This document shows, piece after piece, positions 45,401 through 59,700 of a DNA stretch of 64,000 nt. The translations under genes were made by a program, and so were the position numbers. The notes under the pieces were generated by a model, which was not told where the DNA came from, made no database searches, and saw only the letters and a list, made by a program, of their open reading frames with translations. Within the stretch, counting starts at the first letter, position 1. Each line of letters opens with the position of its first letter. The stretch comes from Eledone cirrhosa (taxonomy: Eukaryota), in assembly GCA_964016885.1 (NCBI GenBank), contig OZ024741.1:29450001-29514000 (forward strand), written 5' to 3'.

Positions 45401-46190
45401 TACTATAGATTAGTATTGTGTAGGTGACACCAGTACTATAGATTGGTATTGTGTAGGTCACACCAGTACTATAGATTGGTATTGTGTAGGTGACATCAGT
45501 ACTATAGATTAGTATTGTGTAGGTGACACCATTACTATACATTAGTATTGTGTAGGTGACACCAGTACTATAGATTGGTATTGTGTAGGTGACATCAGTA
45601 TTATAGATTTGTATTGTGTAGGTGGCACCAGTACTATAGATTGGTATTGTGTAGGTGACACCAGTACTATAGATTGGTATTGTGTAGGTGACACCAGTAC
45701 TATAGATTGGTATTGTGTAGGTGACACCAGTACTATAGATTGGTATTGTGTAGGTGACATCAGTACTATAGATTGGTATTGTGTAGGTGACACCAGTACT
45801 ATAGATTGGTATTGTGTAGGTGACATCAGTACTATACATTAGTATTGTGTAGGTGACACCAGTACTATAGATTGGTATTGTGTAGGTGACACCAGTACTA
45901 TAGATTAGTATTGTGTAGGTGACACCAGTACTATAGATTAGTATTGTGTAGGTGACACCAGTACTATAGATTAGTATTGTGTAGGTGACACCAGTACTAA
46001 AGAGTAGTATTGTGTAGGTGACACCAGCACTATAGATTGGTATTGTGTAGGTGACACCAGTACTCTAGATTGGTATAGTGTAGGTGACACCAGTACTAAA
46101 GATTGGTATTGTATAGGTGACATCAGTACAATAGATTGGTATTGTATAGGTGACACCAGTACTATAGATTGGTATTGTGTAGGTGACATC
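31680..46190. repeat. Higher-order duplication, offset 9,603 to 9,537 bp (291-289 monomers): about 31680-36650 versus 41280-46190
   Basis: ORF pairs 32111/41714, 33167/42770, 33827/43430 and 34520/44123 (9603), 35279/44849 (9570), 36005/45542 (9537). Confidence 0.92.
36000..40950. repeat. Tandem higher-order repeat, period 2,277-2,310 bp (69-70 monomers)
   Basis: Private marker ACATCCGTACAATAGACTGG at 36781 and 39058. ORF pairs 36005/38282, 36434/38711, 37028/39305, 37556/39833, 38282/40592. Confidence 0.9.
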
Positions 46191-48699
46191 AGTACTATAG
46201 ATTAGTATTGTGTAGGTGACACCAGTACTATAGATTGGTATTGTGTAGGTGACATCAGTACTATAGATTGGTATTGTGTAGGTGACATCAGTACTATAGA
46301 TTTGTATCGTGTAGGTGACATCAGTACTATAGATTGGTATTGTATAGGTGACACCAGTACTATAGATTGGTAGTGTGTAGGTGACACCAGTACTATAGAT
46401 TGGTATTGCGTAGGTGAGACCAGTACTATAGATTGGTATTGTGTAGGAGACATCAGTACTATAAATTGGTATTGTGTAGGTGACATCAGTACTATAGATT
46501 TGTATTGTGTAGGTGACAACAGTACTATAGATTGGTATTGTGTAGGTGACACCAGTACTATAGATTAGTATTGTGTAAGTGACACCAGTACTATAGATTG
46601 GTATTGTGTAGGTGACATCAGTACTATAGATTAGTATTGTGTAGGTGACACCATTACTATAGATTAGTATTGCGTAGGTGACATCAGTACTATAGATTGG
46701 TATTGTGCAGGTGACATCAGTACTATAGATTAGTATTGTGTAGGTGCCACCAGTACTATAGATTAGTATTGTGTAGGTGACATCAGTACTATAGATTGGT
46801 ATTGTGTAGGTGACACCAGTACTATAGATTAGTATTGTGTAGGTGACACCAGTACTATAGATTAGTATTGTGTAGGTGACACCAGTACTATAGATTGGTA
46901 TTGTGTAGGTGACACCAGTACTCTAGATTGGTATTGGGTAGGTGACACCAGTACTATAGATTGGTATTGGGTAGGTGACACCAGTACTATAGATTGGTAT
47001 TGTGTAGGTGACACCAGTACTATAGATTGGTATTGTGTAGGTGACACCAGTACTCTAGATTGGTATTGTGTAGGTGACACCAGTACTATAGATTGGTATT
47101 GTGTAGGTGACACCAGTACTCTAGATTGGTATTGTGTAGGTGACACCAGTACTAAAGATTGGTATTGTGTAGGTGACATCAGTACTATAGATTGGTATTG
47201 TATAGGTGACACCAGTACTATAGATTGGTATTGTGTAGGTGACATCAGTACAATAGATTGGTATTGTATAGGTGACACCAGTACTATAGATTCGTATTGT
47301 GTAGGTGACACCAGTACTATAGATTGGTATTGCGTAGGTGAGACCAGTACTATAGATTGGTATTGTGTAGGTGACATCAGTACTATAGATTGGTATTGTG
47401 TAGGTGACATCAGTACTATAGATTTGTATTGTGTATGTGACATCAGTACAATAGATTGGTATTGTGTAGGTGACACCAGTACTATAGATTAGTATTGTGT
47501 AGGTGACACCAGTACTATAGATTGGTATTGTGTAGGTGACACCAGTACTATAGATTGGTATTGTGTAGGTGACATCAGTACTATAGATTGGTATTGTATA
47601 GGTGACATCAGTACAATAGATTGGTATTGTATAGGTGACACCAGTACTATAGATTGGTATTGTGTAGGTGACACCAGTACTATAGATTGGTATTGCGTAG
47701 GTGAGACCAGTACTATAGATTGGCATTGTGTAGGTGACATCAGTACTATAGAGTGGTATTGTGTAGATGACATCAGTACTATAGATTGGTATTGTGTAGG
47801 TGACACCAATACTATAGATTAGTATTGTGTAGGTGACACCAGTACTATAGATTGGTATTGTGTAGGTGACACCAGTACTATAGATTGGTATTGTGTAGGT
47901 GACATCAGTACTATACATTAGTATTGTGTAGGTGACACCAGTACTATAGATTGGTATTGTGTAGGTGACATCAGTACTATAGATTGGTATTGTATAGGTG
48001 ACACCAGTACTATAGATTGGTATTGTGTAGGTGACATCAGTACTATAGATTAGTATTGTATAGGTGACACCAGTACTATAGATTGGTATTGTGTAGGTGA
48101 CACCAGTACTAAAGATTTGTATTGTGTAGGTGACATCAGTACTATAGATTGGTATTGTGTAGGTGACACCAGTACTATAGATTGGTATTGTGTAGATGAC
48201 ATCAGTACTATAGATTGGTATTGTATAGGTGACACCAGTACTATAGATTGGTATTGTGTAGGTGACACCAGTACTATAGATTAGTATTGTGTAGGTGACA
48301 CCAGTACTATAGATTTGTATTGTGTAGGTGACATCAGTACTATAGATTGGTATTGTGTAGGTGACATCAGTAATATAGATTAGTATTGTGTAGGTGACAC
48401 CAGTACTATATATTGGTATTGTGTAGGTGACATCAGTACTATAGATTGGTATTGTGTAGGTGACATCAGTACTATAGATTTGTATCGTGTAGGTGACATC
48501 AGTACTATAGATTGGTATTGTGTAGGTGGCATCAGTATTATAGATTTGTATTGTGTAGGTGACACCAGTACTATAGATTGGTATTGTGTAGGTGACACCA
48601 GTACTATAGATTAGTATTGTGTAGGTGACACCAGTACTATAGATTGGTATTGCGTAGGTGACATCAATACTATAGATTAGTATTGTGTAGGTGACTTCA

Positions 48700-50740
48700 G
48701 TACTATAGATTAGTATTGTGTAGGTGACACCAGTACTATAGATTGGTATTGTGTAGGTGACACCAGTACTATAGATTAGTATCGTGTAGGTGACACCAGT
48801 ACTATAGATTGCTATTGTGTAGGTGACACCAGTACTATAGATTAGTATTGTGTAGGTGACACCAGTACTATAGATTGGTATTGTGTAGGTGACACCAGTA
48901 CTATAGATTAGTATTGTGAATGTGACATCAGTACTATAGATTAGTATTGTGTAGTTGACACCAGTACTATAGATTAGTACTGTGTAGGTGACACCAGTAA
49001 TATAGATTGGTATTGTGTAGTTGACACCAGTACTAAAGATTGGTATTGTGTAGGTGACATCAGTACTATAGATTGGTATTGTATAGGTGACACCAGTACT
49101 ATAGATTGGTATTGTGTAGGTGACATCAGTACTATAGATTGGTATTGTATAGGTGACACCAGTACTATTGATTGGTATTGTGTAGGTGACACCAGTACTA
49201 AAGATTTGTATTGTGTAGGTGACATCAGTACTACAGATTGGTATTGTGTAGGTGATACCAGTACTATAGATTGGTATTGTGTAGGTGACACCAATACTAT
49301 AGATTGGTATTGTGTAGGTGACACCAGTACTATAGATTGGTATTCTGTAGGTGACACCAGTACTATAGATTAGTATTGTGTAGGTGACATCAGTACTATA
49401 GATTAGTATTGTGTAGGTGACACCAGTACTATAGATTGGTATTGTGTAGGTGACACCAGTACTATAGATTGGTATTGTGTAGGTGACATCTGTACTATAG
49501 ATTGGTATTGTATAGGTGACACCAGTACTATAGATTGGTATCGTGTAGGTGACACCAGTACTATAGATTAGTATTGTGTAGGTGACACCAGTACTATAGA
49601 TTTGTATTGTGTAGGTGACATCAGTACTATAGATTGGTATTGTGTAGGTGACATCAGTACTATAGATTAGTATTGTGTAGGTGACACCAGTACTATAGAT
49701 TGGTATTGTGTAGGTGACACCAGTACTATAGATTAGTATTGTGTAGGTGACACCAGTACTATAGATTGGTATTGTGTAGGTGACACCAGTACTATAGATT
49801 AGTATTGTGTAGGTGACATCAGTACTATAGATTAGTATTGTGTAGGTGACACCAGTACTATAGATTGGTATGGTGTAGGTGACACCAGTACTATAGATTA
49901 GTATCGTGTAGGTGACACCAGTACTATAGATTGGTATTGTGTAGGTGACACCAGTACTATAGATTAGTATTGTGTAGGTGACACCAGTACTATAGGTTGG
50001 TATTGTGTAGGTGACACCAGTACTATAGATTAGTATTGTGAATGTGACATCAGTACTATAGATTAGTATTGTGTAGTTGACACCAGTACTATAGATTAGT
50101 ATTGTGTAGGTGACACCAGTACTATAGATTGGTATTGTGTAGTTGACACCAGTACTAAAGATTGTTATTGTGTAGGTGACATCAGTACTATAGATTGGTA
50201 TTGTATAGGTGACACCAGTACTATAGATTGGTATTGTGTAGGTGACATCAGTACTATAGATTGGTATTGTATAGGTGACACCAGTACTACAGATTGGTAT
50301 TGTGTAGGTGATACCAGTACTATAGATTGGTATTGTGTAGGTGACACCAATACTATAGATTGGTATTGTGTAGGTGACACCAGTACTATAGATTGGTATT
50401 CTGTAGGTGACACCAGTACTATAGATTAGTATTGTGTAGGTGACATCAGTACTATAGATTAGTATTGTGTAGGTGACACCAGTACTATAGATTGGTATTG
50501 TGTAGGTGACACCAGTACTATAGATTGGTATTGTGTAGGTGACATCTGTACTATAGATTGGTATTGTATAGGTGACACCAGTACTATAGATTGGTATCGT
50601 GTAGGTGACACCAGTACTATAGATTAGTATTGTGTAGGTGACACCAGTACTATAGATTTTTATTGTGTAGGTGACATCAGTACTATAGATTGGTATTGTG
50701 TAGGTGACATCAGTACTATAGATTAGTATTGTGTAGGTGA
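48700..50740. repeat. Older tandem duplication, period 1,056-1,122 bp (32-34 monomers)
   Basis: Markers GTGAATGTGAC (AA at 48919/50041), GTGATACC and TATTCTGTAG (C at 49345/50401), with several private differences between copies. Confidence 0.8.
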
Positions 50741-50799
50741 CACCAGTACTATAGATTGGTATTGTGTAGGTGACTTCAGTACTATAGATTGGTATTGTG

Positions 50800-53700
50800 T
50801 AGGTGACATCAGTACTATAGATTTGTATCGTGTAGGTGACATCAGTACTATAGATTGGTATTGTATAGGTGACACCAGTACTATAGATTGGTAGTGTGTA
50901 GGTGACACCAGTACTATAGATTGGTATTGCGTAGGTGAGACCAGTACTATTGATTGGTATTGTGTAGGTGACATCAGTACTATAAATTGGTATTGTGTAG
51001 GTGACATCAGTACTATAGATATGTATTGTGTAGGTGACACCAGTACTATAGATTAGTATTGTGTAGGTGCCACCAGTACTATAGATTAGTATTGTGTAGG
51101 TGACATCAGTACTATAGATTGGTATTGTGTAGGTCACACCAGTACTATAGATTAGTATTGTGTAGGTGACACCAGTACTATAGATTGGTATTGTGTAGGT
51201 GACACCAGTACTATAGATTGGTATTGTGTAGGTGACACCAGTACTATAGATTAGTATTGTGTAGGTGACATCAGTACTATAGATTAGTATTGTGTAGGTG
51301 ACACCAGTACTATAGATTAGTATTGTGTAGGTGACATCAGTACTATAGATAGGTATTGTGTAGGTGACACCAGTACTATAGATTGGTATTGTGTAGGTGA
51401 CACCAGTACTATAGATTGTTATTGTGTAGGTGACACCAGTACTATAGATTAGTATTGTGTAGGTGACACCAGTACTAAAGATTGGTATTGTGTAGGTGAC
51501 ATCAGTACTATAGATTGGTATTGTGTAGGTGACATCAGTACTATAGATTGGTATTGTGTAGGTGACATCAGTACTATAGATTGGTATTGTGTAGGTGACA
51601 TCAGTACTATAGATTAGTATTGTGTAGGTGACACCAGTACAATAGACTGGTATTGTGTAGGTGACATCAGTACTATAGATTGGTATTGTCTAGGTGACAC
51701 CAGTACTATAGATTAGTATTGTGTAGGTGACATCAGTACTATAGATTGGTATTGTATAGGTAACACCAGTACTATAGATTGGTATTGTGTAGGTGACACC
51801 AGTCCTATAGATTGGTATTGTGTAGGTGACACCAGTACTATAGATTGGTATTGTGTAGGTGACATCAGTACTATAGATTGGTATTTTTTAGTTGACACCA
51901 GTACTATAGATTAGTATTGTGTAGGTGACATCAGTACTATAGATTGTTATTGTATAGGTGACACCAGTACTATAGATTGGTATTGTGTAGGTGACACCAG
52001 TACTATAGATTGGTATTGTGTAGGTGACATCAGTACTATAGATTTGTATTGTGTAGGTGACATCAGTACTATAGATTGGTAATGTGTAGGTGACACCAGT
52101 ACTATAGATTGGTATTGTGTAGGTGACATCAGTACTATAGATTGGTATTTTGTAGATGACACCAGTACTATAGATTGGTATTGTGTAGGTGACACCAGTA
52201 CTATAGATTGGTATTGTGTAGGTGACATCAGTACTATAGATTAGTATTGTGTAGGTGACACCAGTACTATAGATTGGTATTGTGTAGGTGACACCAGTAC
52301 TATAGATTAGTATTGTGTAGGTGACACCAGTACTATAGATTAGTATTGTGTAGGTGACACCAGTACTATAGATTAGTATTGTGTAGGTGACACCAGTACT
52401 AAAGAGTAGTATTGTGTAGGTGACACCAGCACTATAGATTGGTATTGTGTAGGTGACACCAGTACTCTAGATTGGTATTGTGTAGGTGACACCAGTACTA
52501 AAGATTGGTATTGTATAGGTGACATCAGTACAATAGATTGGTATTGTATAGGTGACACCAGTACTATAGATTGGTATTGTGTAGGTGACATCAGTACTAT
52601 AGATTGGTATTGTATAGGTGACACCAGTACTATAGATTGGTATTGTGTAGGTGACACCAGTACTATAGATTGGTATTGCGTAGGTGAGACCAGTACTATA
52701 ATTTGGCATTGTGTAGGTGACATCAGTACTATAGATTGGTATTGTGTAGGTGACACCATTACTATAGATTAGTATTGTGTAGGTGACACCAGTACTATAG
52801 ATTAGTATTGTGTAGGTGACACCAGTACTATAGATTGTTATTGTGTAGGTGACACCAGTACTATAGATTGGTATTGTGTAGGTGACATCAGTACTATAGA
52901 TTAGTATTGTGTAGGTGACACCAATACTATAGATTAGTATTGTGTAGGTGACACCAGTACTATAGATTGGTATTGTGTAGGTGACATCAGTATTATAGAT
53001 TTGTATTGTGTAGGTGACACCAGTACTATAGATTGGTATTGTGTAGGTGACATCAGTACTATAGATTGGTATTGTGTAGGTGACACCAGTACTATAGATT
53101 GGTATTGTGTAGATGACATCAGTACTATAGATTGGTATTGTATAGGTGACACCAGTACTATAGATTGGTATTGTGTAGGTGACACCAGTACTATAGATTA
53201 GTATTGTGTAGGTGACACCAGTACTATAGATTTGTATTGTGTAGGTGACATCAGTACTATAGATGGGTATTGTGTAGGTGACATCAGTAATATAGATTAG
53301 TATTGTGTAGGTGACACCAGTACTATAGATTGGTATTGTGTAGGTGACATCAGTACTATAGATTGGTATTGTGTAGGTGACATCAATACTATAGATTTGT
53401 ATCGTGTAGGTGACATCAGTACTATAGATTGGTATTGTGTAGGTGACATCAGTATTATAGATTTGTATTGTGTAGGTGACACCAGTACTATAGATTGGTA
53501 TTGTGTAGGTGACACCAGTACTATAGATTGGTATTGTGTAGGTGACACCAGTACTATAGATTGGTATTGCGTAGGTGACATCAATACTATAGATTAGTAT
53601 TCTGTAGGTGACATCAGTACTATAGATTAGTATTGTGTAGGTGACACCAGTACTATAGATTGGTATTGTGTAGGTGACACCAGTACTATAGATTAGTATC

Positions 53701-56700
53701 GTGTAGGTGACACCAGTACTATAGATTGGTATTGTGTAGGTGACACCAGTACTATAGATTAGTATTGTGTAGGTGACACCAGTACTATAGATTAGTATTG
53801 TGTAGGTGACACCAGTACTATAGATTAGTATTGTGTAGGTGACACCAGTACTATAGATTGGTATTGTGTAGTTGACACCAGTACTAAAGATTGGTATTGT
53901 GTAGGTGACATCAGTACTATAGATTGGTATTGTATAGGTGACACCAGTACTATAGATTGGTATTGTGTAGGTGACATCAGTACTATAGATTGGTATTGTA
54001 TAGGTGACACCAGTACTATTGATTGGTATTGTGTAGGTGACACCAGTACTAAAGATTTGTATTGTGTAGGTGACATCAGTACTACAGATTGGTATTGTGT
54101 AGGTGACACCAGTACTATAGATTGGTATAGTGTAGGTGACACAAATACTATAGATTGGTATTGTGTAGGTGACACCAGTACTATAGATTGGTATTCTGTA
54201 GGTGACACCACTACTATAGATTAGTATTGTGTAGGTGACACCAGTACTATAGATTGGTATTGTGTAGGTGACACCAGTACTATAGATTGGTATTGTGTAG
54301 GTGACATCTGTACTATAGATTGGTATTGTATAGGTGACACCAGTACTATAGATTGGTATTGTGTAGGTGACACCAGTACTATAGATTAGTATTGTGTAGG
54401 TGACACCAGTACTATAGATTTGTATTGTGTAGGTGACATCAGTACTATAGATTGGTATTGTGTAGGTGACATCAGTACTATAGATTGGTATTGTGTAGGT
54501 GACATCAGTACTATAGATTTGTATCGTGTAGGTGACATCAGTACTATAGATTGGTATTGTATAGGTGACACCAGTACTATAGATTGGTAGTGTGTAGGTG
54601 ACACCAGTACTATAGATTGGTATTGCGTAGGTGAGACCAGTACTATTGATTGGTATTGTGTAGGTGACATCAGTACTATAAATTGGTATTGTGTATGCGA
54701 CATCAGTACTATAGATATGTATTGTGTAGGTGACATCAGTACTATAGATTGGTATTGTGTAGGTGACACCAGTACTATAGATTAGTATTGTGTAGGTGAC
54801 ACCAGTACTATAGATTGGTATTGTGTAGGTGACATCAGTACTATCGATTAGTATTGTGTAGGTGACACCATTACTATAGATTAGTATTGTGTAGGTGACA
54901 TCAGTACTATAGATTGGTATTGTGTAGGTCACACCAGTACTATAGATTAGTATTGTGTAGGTGACACCAGTACTATAGATTGGTATTGTGTAGGTGACAC
55001 CAGTACTATAGATTGGTATTGTGTAGGTGACACCAGTACTATAGATTGGTATTGTGTAGGTGACATCAGTACTATAGATTAGTATTGTGTAGGTGACACC
55101 AGTACTATAGATTAGTATTGTGTAGGTGACATCAGTACTATAGATAGGTATTGTGTGGGTGACACCAGTACTATAGATTGGTATTGTGTAGGTGACACCA
55201 GTACTATAGATTGTTATTGTGTAGGTGACACCAGTACTATAGATTAGTATTGTGTAGGTGACACCAGTACTAAAGATTGGTATTGTGTAGGTGACATCAG
55301 TACTATAGATTGGTATTGTGTAGGTGACATCAGTACTATAGATTGGTATTGTGTAGGTGACATCAGTACTATAGATTGGTATTGTGTAGGTGACATCAGT
55401 ACTATAGATTAGTATTGTGTAGGTGACACCAGTACAATAGATTGGTATTGTGTAGGTGACATCAGTACTATAGATTGGTATTGTCTAGGTGACACCAGTA
55501 CTATAGATTAGTATTGTGTAGGTGACATCAGTACTATAGATTGGTATTGTATAGGTAACACCAGTACTATAGATTGGTATTGTGTAGGTGACACCAGTCC
55601 TATAGATTGGTATTGTGTAGGTGACACCAGTACTATAGATTGGTATTGTGTAGGTGACATCAGTACTATAGATTGGTATTGTTTAGTTGACACCAGTACT
55701 ATAGATTAGTATTGTGTAGGTGACATCAGTACTATAGATTGTTATTGTATAGGTGACACCAGTACTATAGATTGGTATTGTGTAGGTGACACCAGTACTA
55801 TAGATTGGTATTGTGTAGGTGACATCAGTACTATAGATTTGTATTGTGTAGGTGACATCAGTACTATAGATTGGTAATGTGTAGGTGATACCAGTACTAT
55901 AGATTGGTATTGTGTAGGTGACATCAGTACTATAGATTGGTATTTTGTAGATGACACCAGTACTATAGATTGGTATTGTGTAGGTGACACCAGTACTATA
56001 GATTGGTATTGTGTAGGTGACATCAGTACTATAGATTAGTATTGTGTAGGTGACACCAGTACTATAGATTGGTATTGTGTAGGTGACACCAGTACTATAG
56101 ATTAGTATTGTGTAGGTGACACCAGTACTATAGATTAGTATTGTGTAGGTGACACCAGTACTATAGATTAGTATTGTGTAGGTGACACCAGTACTAAAGA
56201 GTAGTATTGTGTAGGTGACACCAGCACTATAGATTGGTATTGTGTAGGTGACACCAGTACTCTAGATTGGTATTGTGTAGGTGACACCAGTACTAAAGAT
56301 TGGTATTGTATAGGTGACATCAGTACAATAGATTGGTATTGTATAGGTGACACCAGTACTTTAGATTGGTATTGTGTAGGTGACATCAATACTATAGATT
56401 GGTATTGTATAGGTGACACCAGTACTATAGATTGGTATTGTGTAGGTGACACCAGTACTATAGATTGGTATTGCGTAGGTGAGACCAGTACTATAATTTG
56501 GCATTGTGTAGGTGACATCAGTACTATAGATTGGTATTGTGTAGATGACATCAGTACTATAGTTTGGTATTGTGTAGGTGACACCAGTACTATAGATTAG
56601 TATTGTGTAGGTGACACCAGTACTATAGATTGATATTGTGTAGGTGACACCAGTACTATAGATTGGTATTGTGTAGGTGACATCAGTACTATAGATTAGT

Positions 56701-59700
56701 ATTGTGTAGGTGACACCATTACTATAGATTAGTATTGTGTAGGTGACACCAGTACTATAGATTGGTATTGTGTAGGTGACATCAGTATTATAGATTTGTA
56801 TTGTGTAGGTGACACCAGTACTATAGATTGGTATTGTGTAGATGACATCAGTACTATAGATTGGTATTGTATAGGTGACACCAGTACTATAGATTGGTAT
56901 TGTGTAGGTGACACCAGTACTATAGATTAGTATTGTGTAGGTGACACCAGTACTATAGATTTGTATTGTGTAGGTGACATCAGTACTATAGATTGGTATT
57001 GTGTAGGTGACATCAGTAATATAGATTAGTATTGTGTAGGTGACACCAGTACTATAGATTGGTATTGTGTAGGTGACATCAGTACTATAGATTGGTATTG
57101 TGTAGGTGACATCAGTACTATAGATTTGTATCGTGTAGGTGACATCAGTACTATAGATTGGTATTGTGTAGGTGACATCAATATTATAGATTTGTATTGT
57201 GTAGGTGACACCAGTACTATAGATTGGTATTGTGTAGGTGACACCAGTACTATAGATTGGTATTGTGTAGGTGACACCAGTACTATAGATTGGTATTGCG
57301 TAGGTGACATCAATACTATAGATTAGTATTCTGTAGGTGACATCAGTACTATAGATTAGTATTGTGTAGGTGACACCAGTACTATAGATTGGTATTGTGT
57401 AGGTGACACCAGTACTATAGATTAGTATCGTGTAGGTGACACCAGTACTATAGATTGGTATTGTGTAGGTGACACCAGTACTATAGATTAGTATTGTGTA
57501 GGTGACATCAGTTCTATAGATTAGTATTGTGTAGGTGACACCAGTACTATAGATTAGTATTGTGTAGGTGACACCAGTACTATAGATTAGTATTGTGTAG
57601 GTGACACCAGTACTATAGATTGGTATTGTGTAGTTGACACCAGTACTAAAGATTGGTATTGTGTAGGTGACATCAGTACTATAGATTGGTATTGTGTAGG
57701 TGACATCAGTACTATAGATTTGTATCGTGTAGGTGACATCAGTACTATAGATTGGTATTGTGTAGGTGACACCAATACTATAGATTGGTATTGTGTAGGT
57801 GACACCAGTACTATAGATTGGTATTCTGTAGGTGACACCAGTACAATAGATTAGTATTGTGTAGGTGACACCAGTACTATAGATTGGTATTGTGTAGGTG
57901 ACACCAGTACTATAGATTGGTATTGTGTAGGTGACATCTGTACTATAGATTGGTATTGTATAGGTGACACCAGTACTATAGATTGGTATTGTGTAGGTGA
58001 CACCAGTACTATAGATTAGTATTGTGTAGGTGACACCAGTACTATAGATTTGTATTGTGTAGGTGACATCAGTACTATAGATTGGTATTGTGTAGGTGAC
58101 ATCAGTACTATAGATTGGTATTGTGTAGGTGACATCAGTACTATAGATTTGTATCGTGTAGGTGACATCAGTACTATAGATTGGTATTGTATAGGTGACA
58201 CCCGTACTATAGATTGGTAGTGTGTAGGTGACACCAGTACTATAGATTGGTATTGCGTAGGTGAGACCAGTACTATTGATTGGTATTGTGTAGGTGACAT
58301 CAGTACTATAAATTGGTATTGTGTATGTGACATCAGTACTATAGATATGTATTGTGTAGGTGACATCAGTACTATAGATTGGTATTGTGTAGGTGACACC
58401 AGTACTATAGATTAGTATTGTGTAGGTGACACCAGTACTATAGATTGGTATTGTGTAGGTGACATCAGTACTATCGATTAGTATTGTGTAGGTGACACCA
58501 TTACTATAGATTAGTATTGTGTAGGTGACATCAGTACTATAGATTGGTATTGTGTAGGTCACACCAGTACTATAGATTAGTATTGTGTAGGTGACACCAG
58601 TACTATAGATTGGTATTGTGTAGGTGACACCAGTACTATAGATTGGTATTGTGTAGGTGACACCAGTACTATAGATTGGTATTGTGTAGGTGACATCAGT
58701 ACTATAGATTAGTATTGTGTAGGTGACACCAGTACTATAGATTAGTATTGTGTAGGTGACATTAGTACTATAGATAGGTATTGTGTGGGTGACACCAGTA
58801 CTATAGATTGGTATTGTGTAGGTGACACCAGTACTATAGATTGTTATTGTGTAGGTGACACCAGTACTATAGATTAGTATTGTGTAGGTGACACCAGTAC
58901 TAAAGATTGGTATTGTGTAGGTGACATCAGTACTATAGATTGGTATTGTGTAGGTGACATCAGTACTATAGATTGGTATTGTGTAGGTGACATCAGTACT
59001 ATAGATTGGTATTGTGTAGGTGACATCAGTACTATAGATTAGTATTGTGTAGGTGACACCAGTACAATAGATTGGTATTGTGTAGGTGACATCAGTACTA
59101 TAGATTGGTATTGTCTAGGTGACACCAGTACTATAGATTAGTATTGTGTAGGTGACATCAGTACTATAGATTGGTATTGTATAGGTAACACCAGTACTAT
59201 AGATTGGTATTGTGTAGGTGACACCAGTCCTATAGATTGGTATTGTGTAGGTGACACCAGTACTATAGATTGGTATTGTGTAGGTGACATCAGTACTATA
59301 GATTGGTATTGTTTAGTTGACACCAGTACTATAGATTAGTATTGTGTAGGTGACATCAGTACTATAGATTGTTATTGTATAGGTGACACCAGTACTATAG
59401 ATTGGTATTGTGTAGGTGACACCAGTACTATAGATTGGTATTGTGTAGGTGACATCAGTACTATAGATTTGTATTGTGTAGGTGACATCAGTACTATAGA
59501 TTGGTAATGTGTAGGTGATACCAGTACTATAGATTGGTATTGTGTAGGTGACATCAGTACTATAGATTGGTATTTTGTAGATGACACCAGTACTATAGAT
59601 TGGTATTGTGTAGGTGACACCAGTACTATAGATTGGTATTGTGTAGGTGACATCAGTACTATAGATTAGTATTGTGTAGGTGACACCAGTACTATAGATT

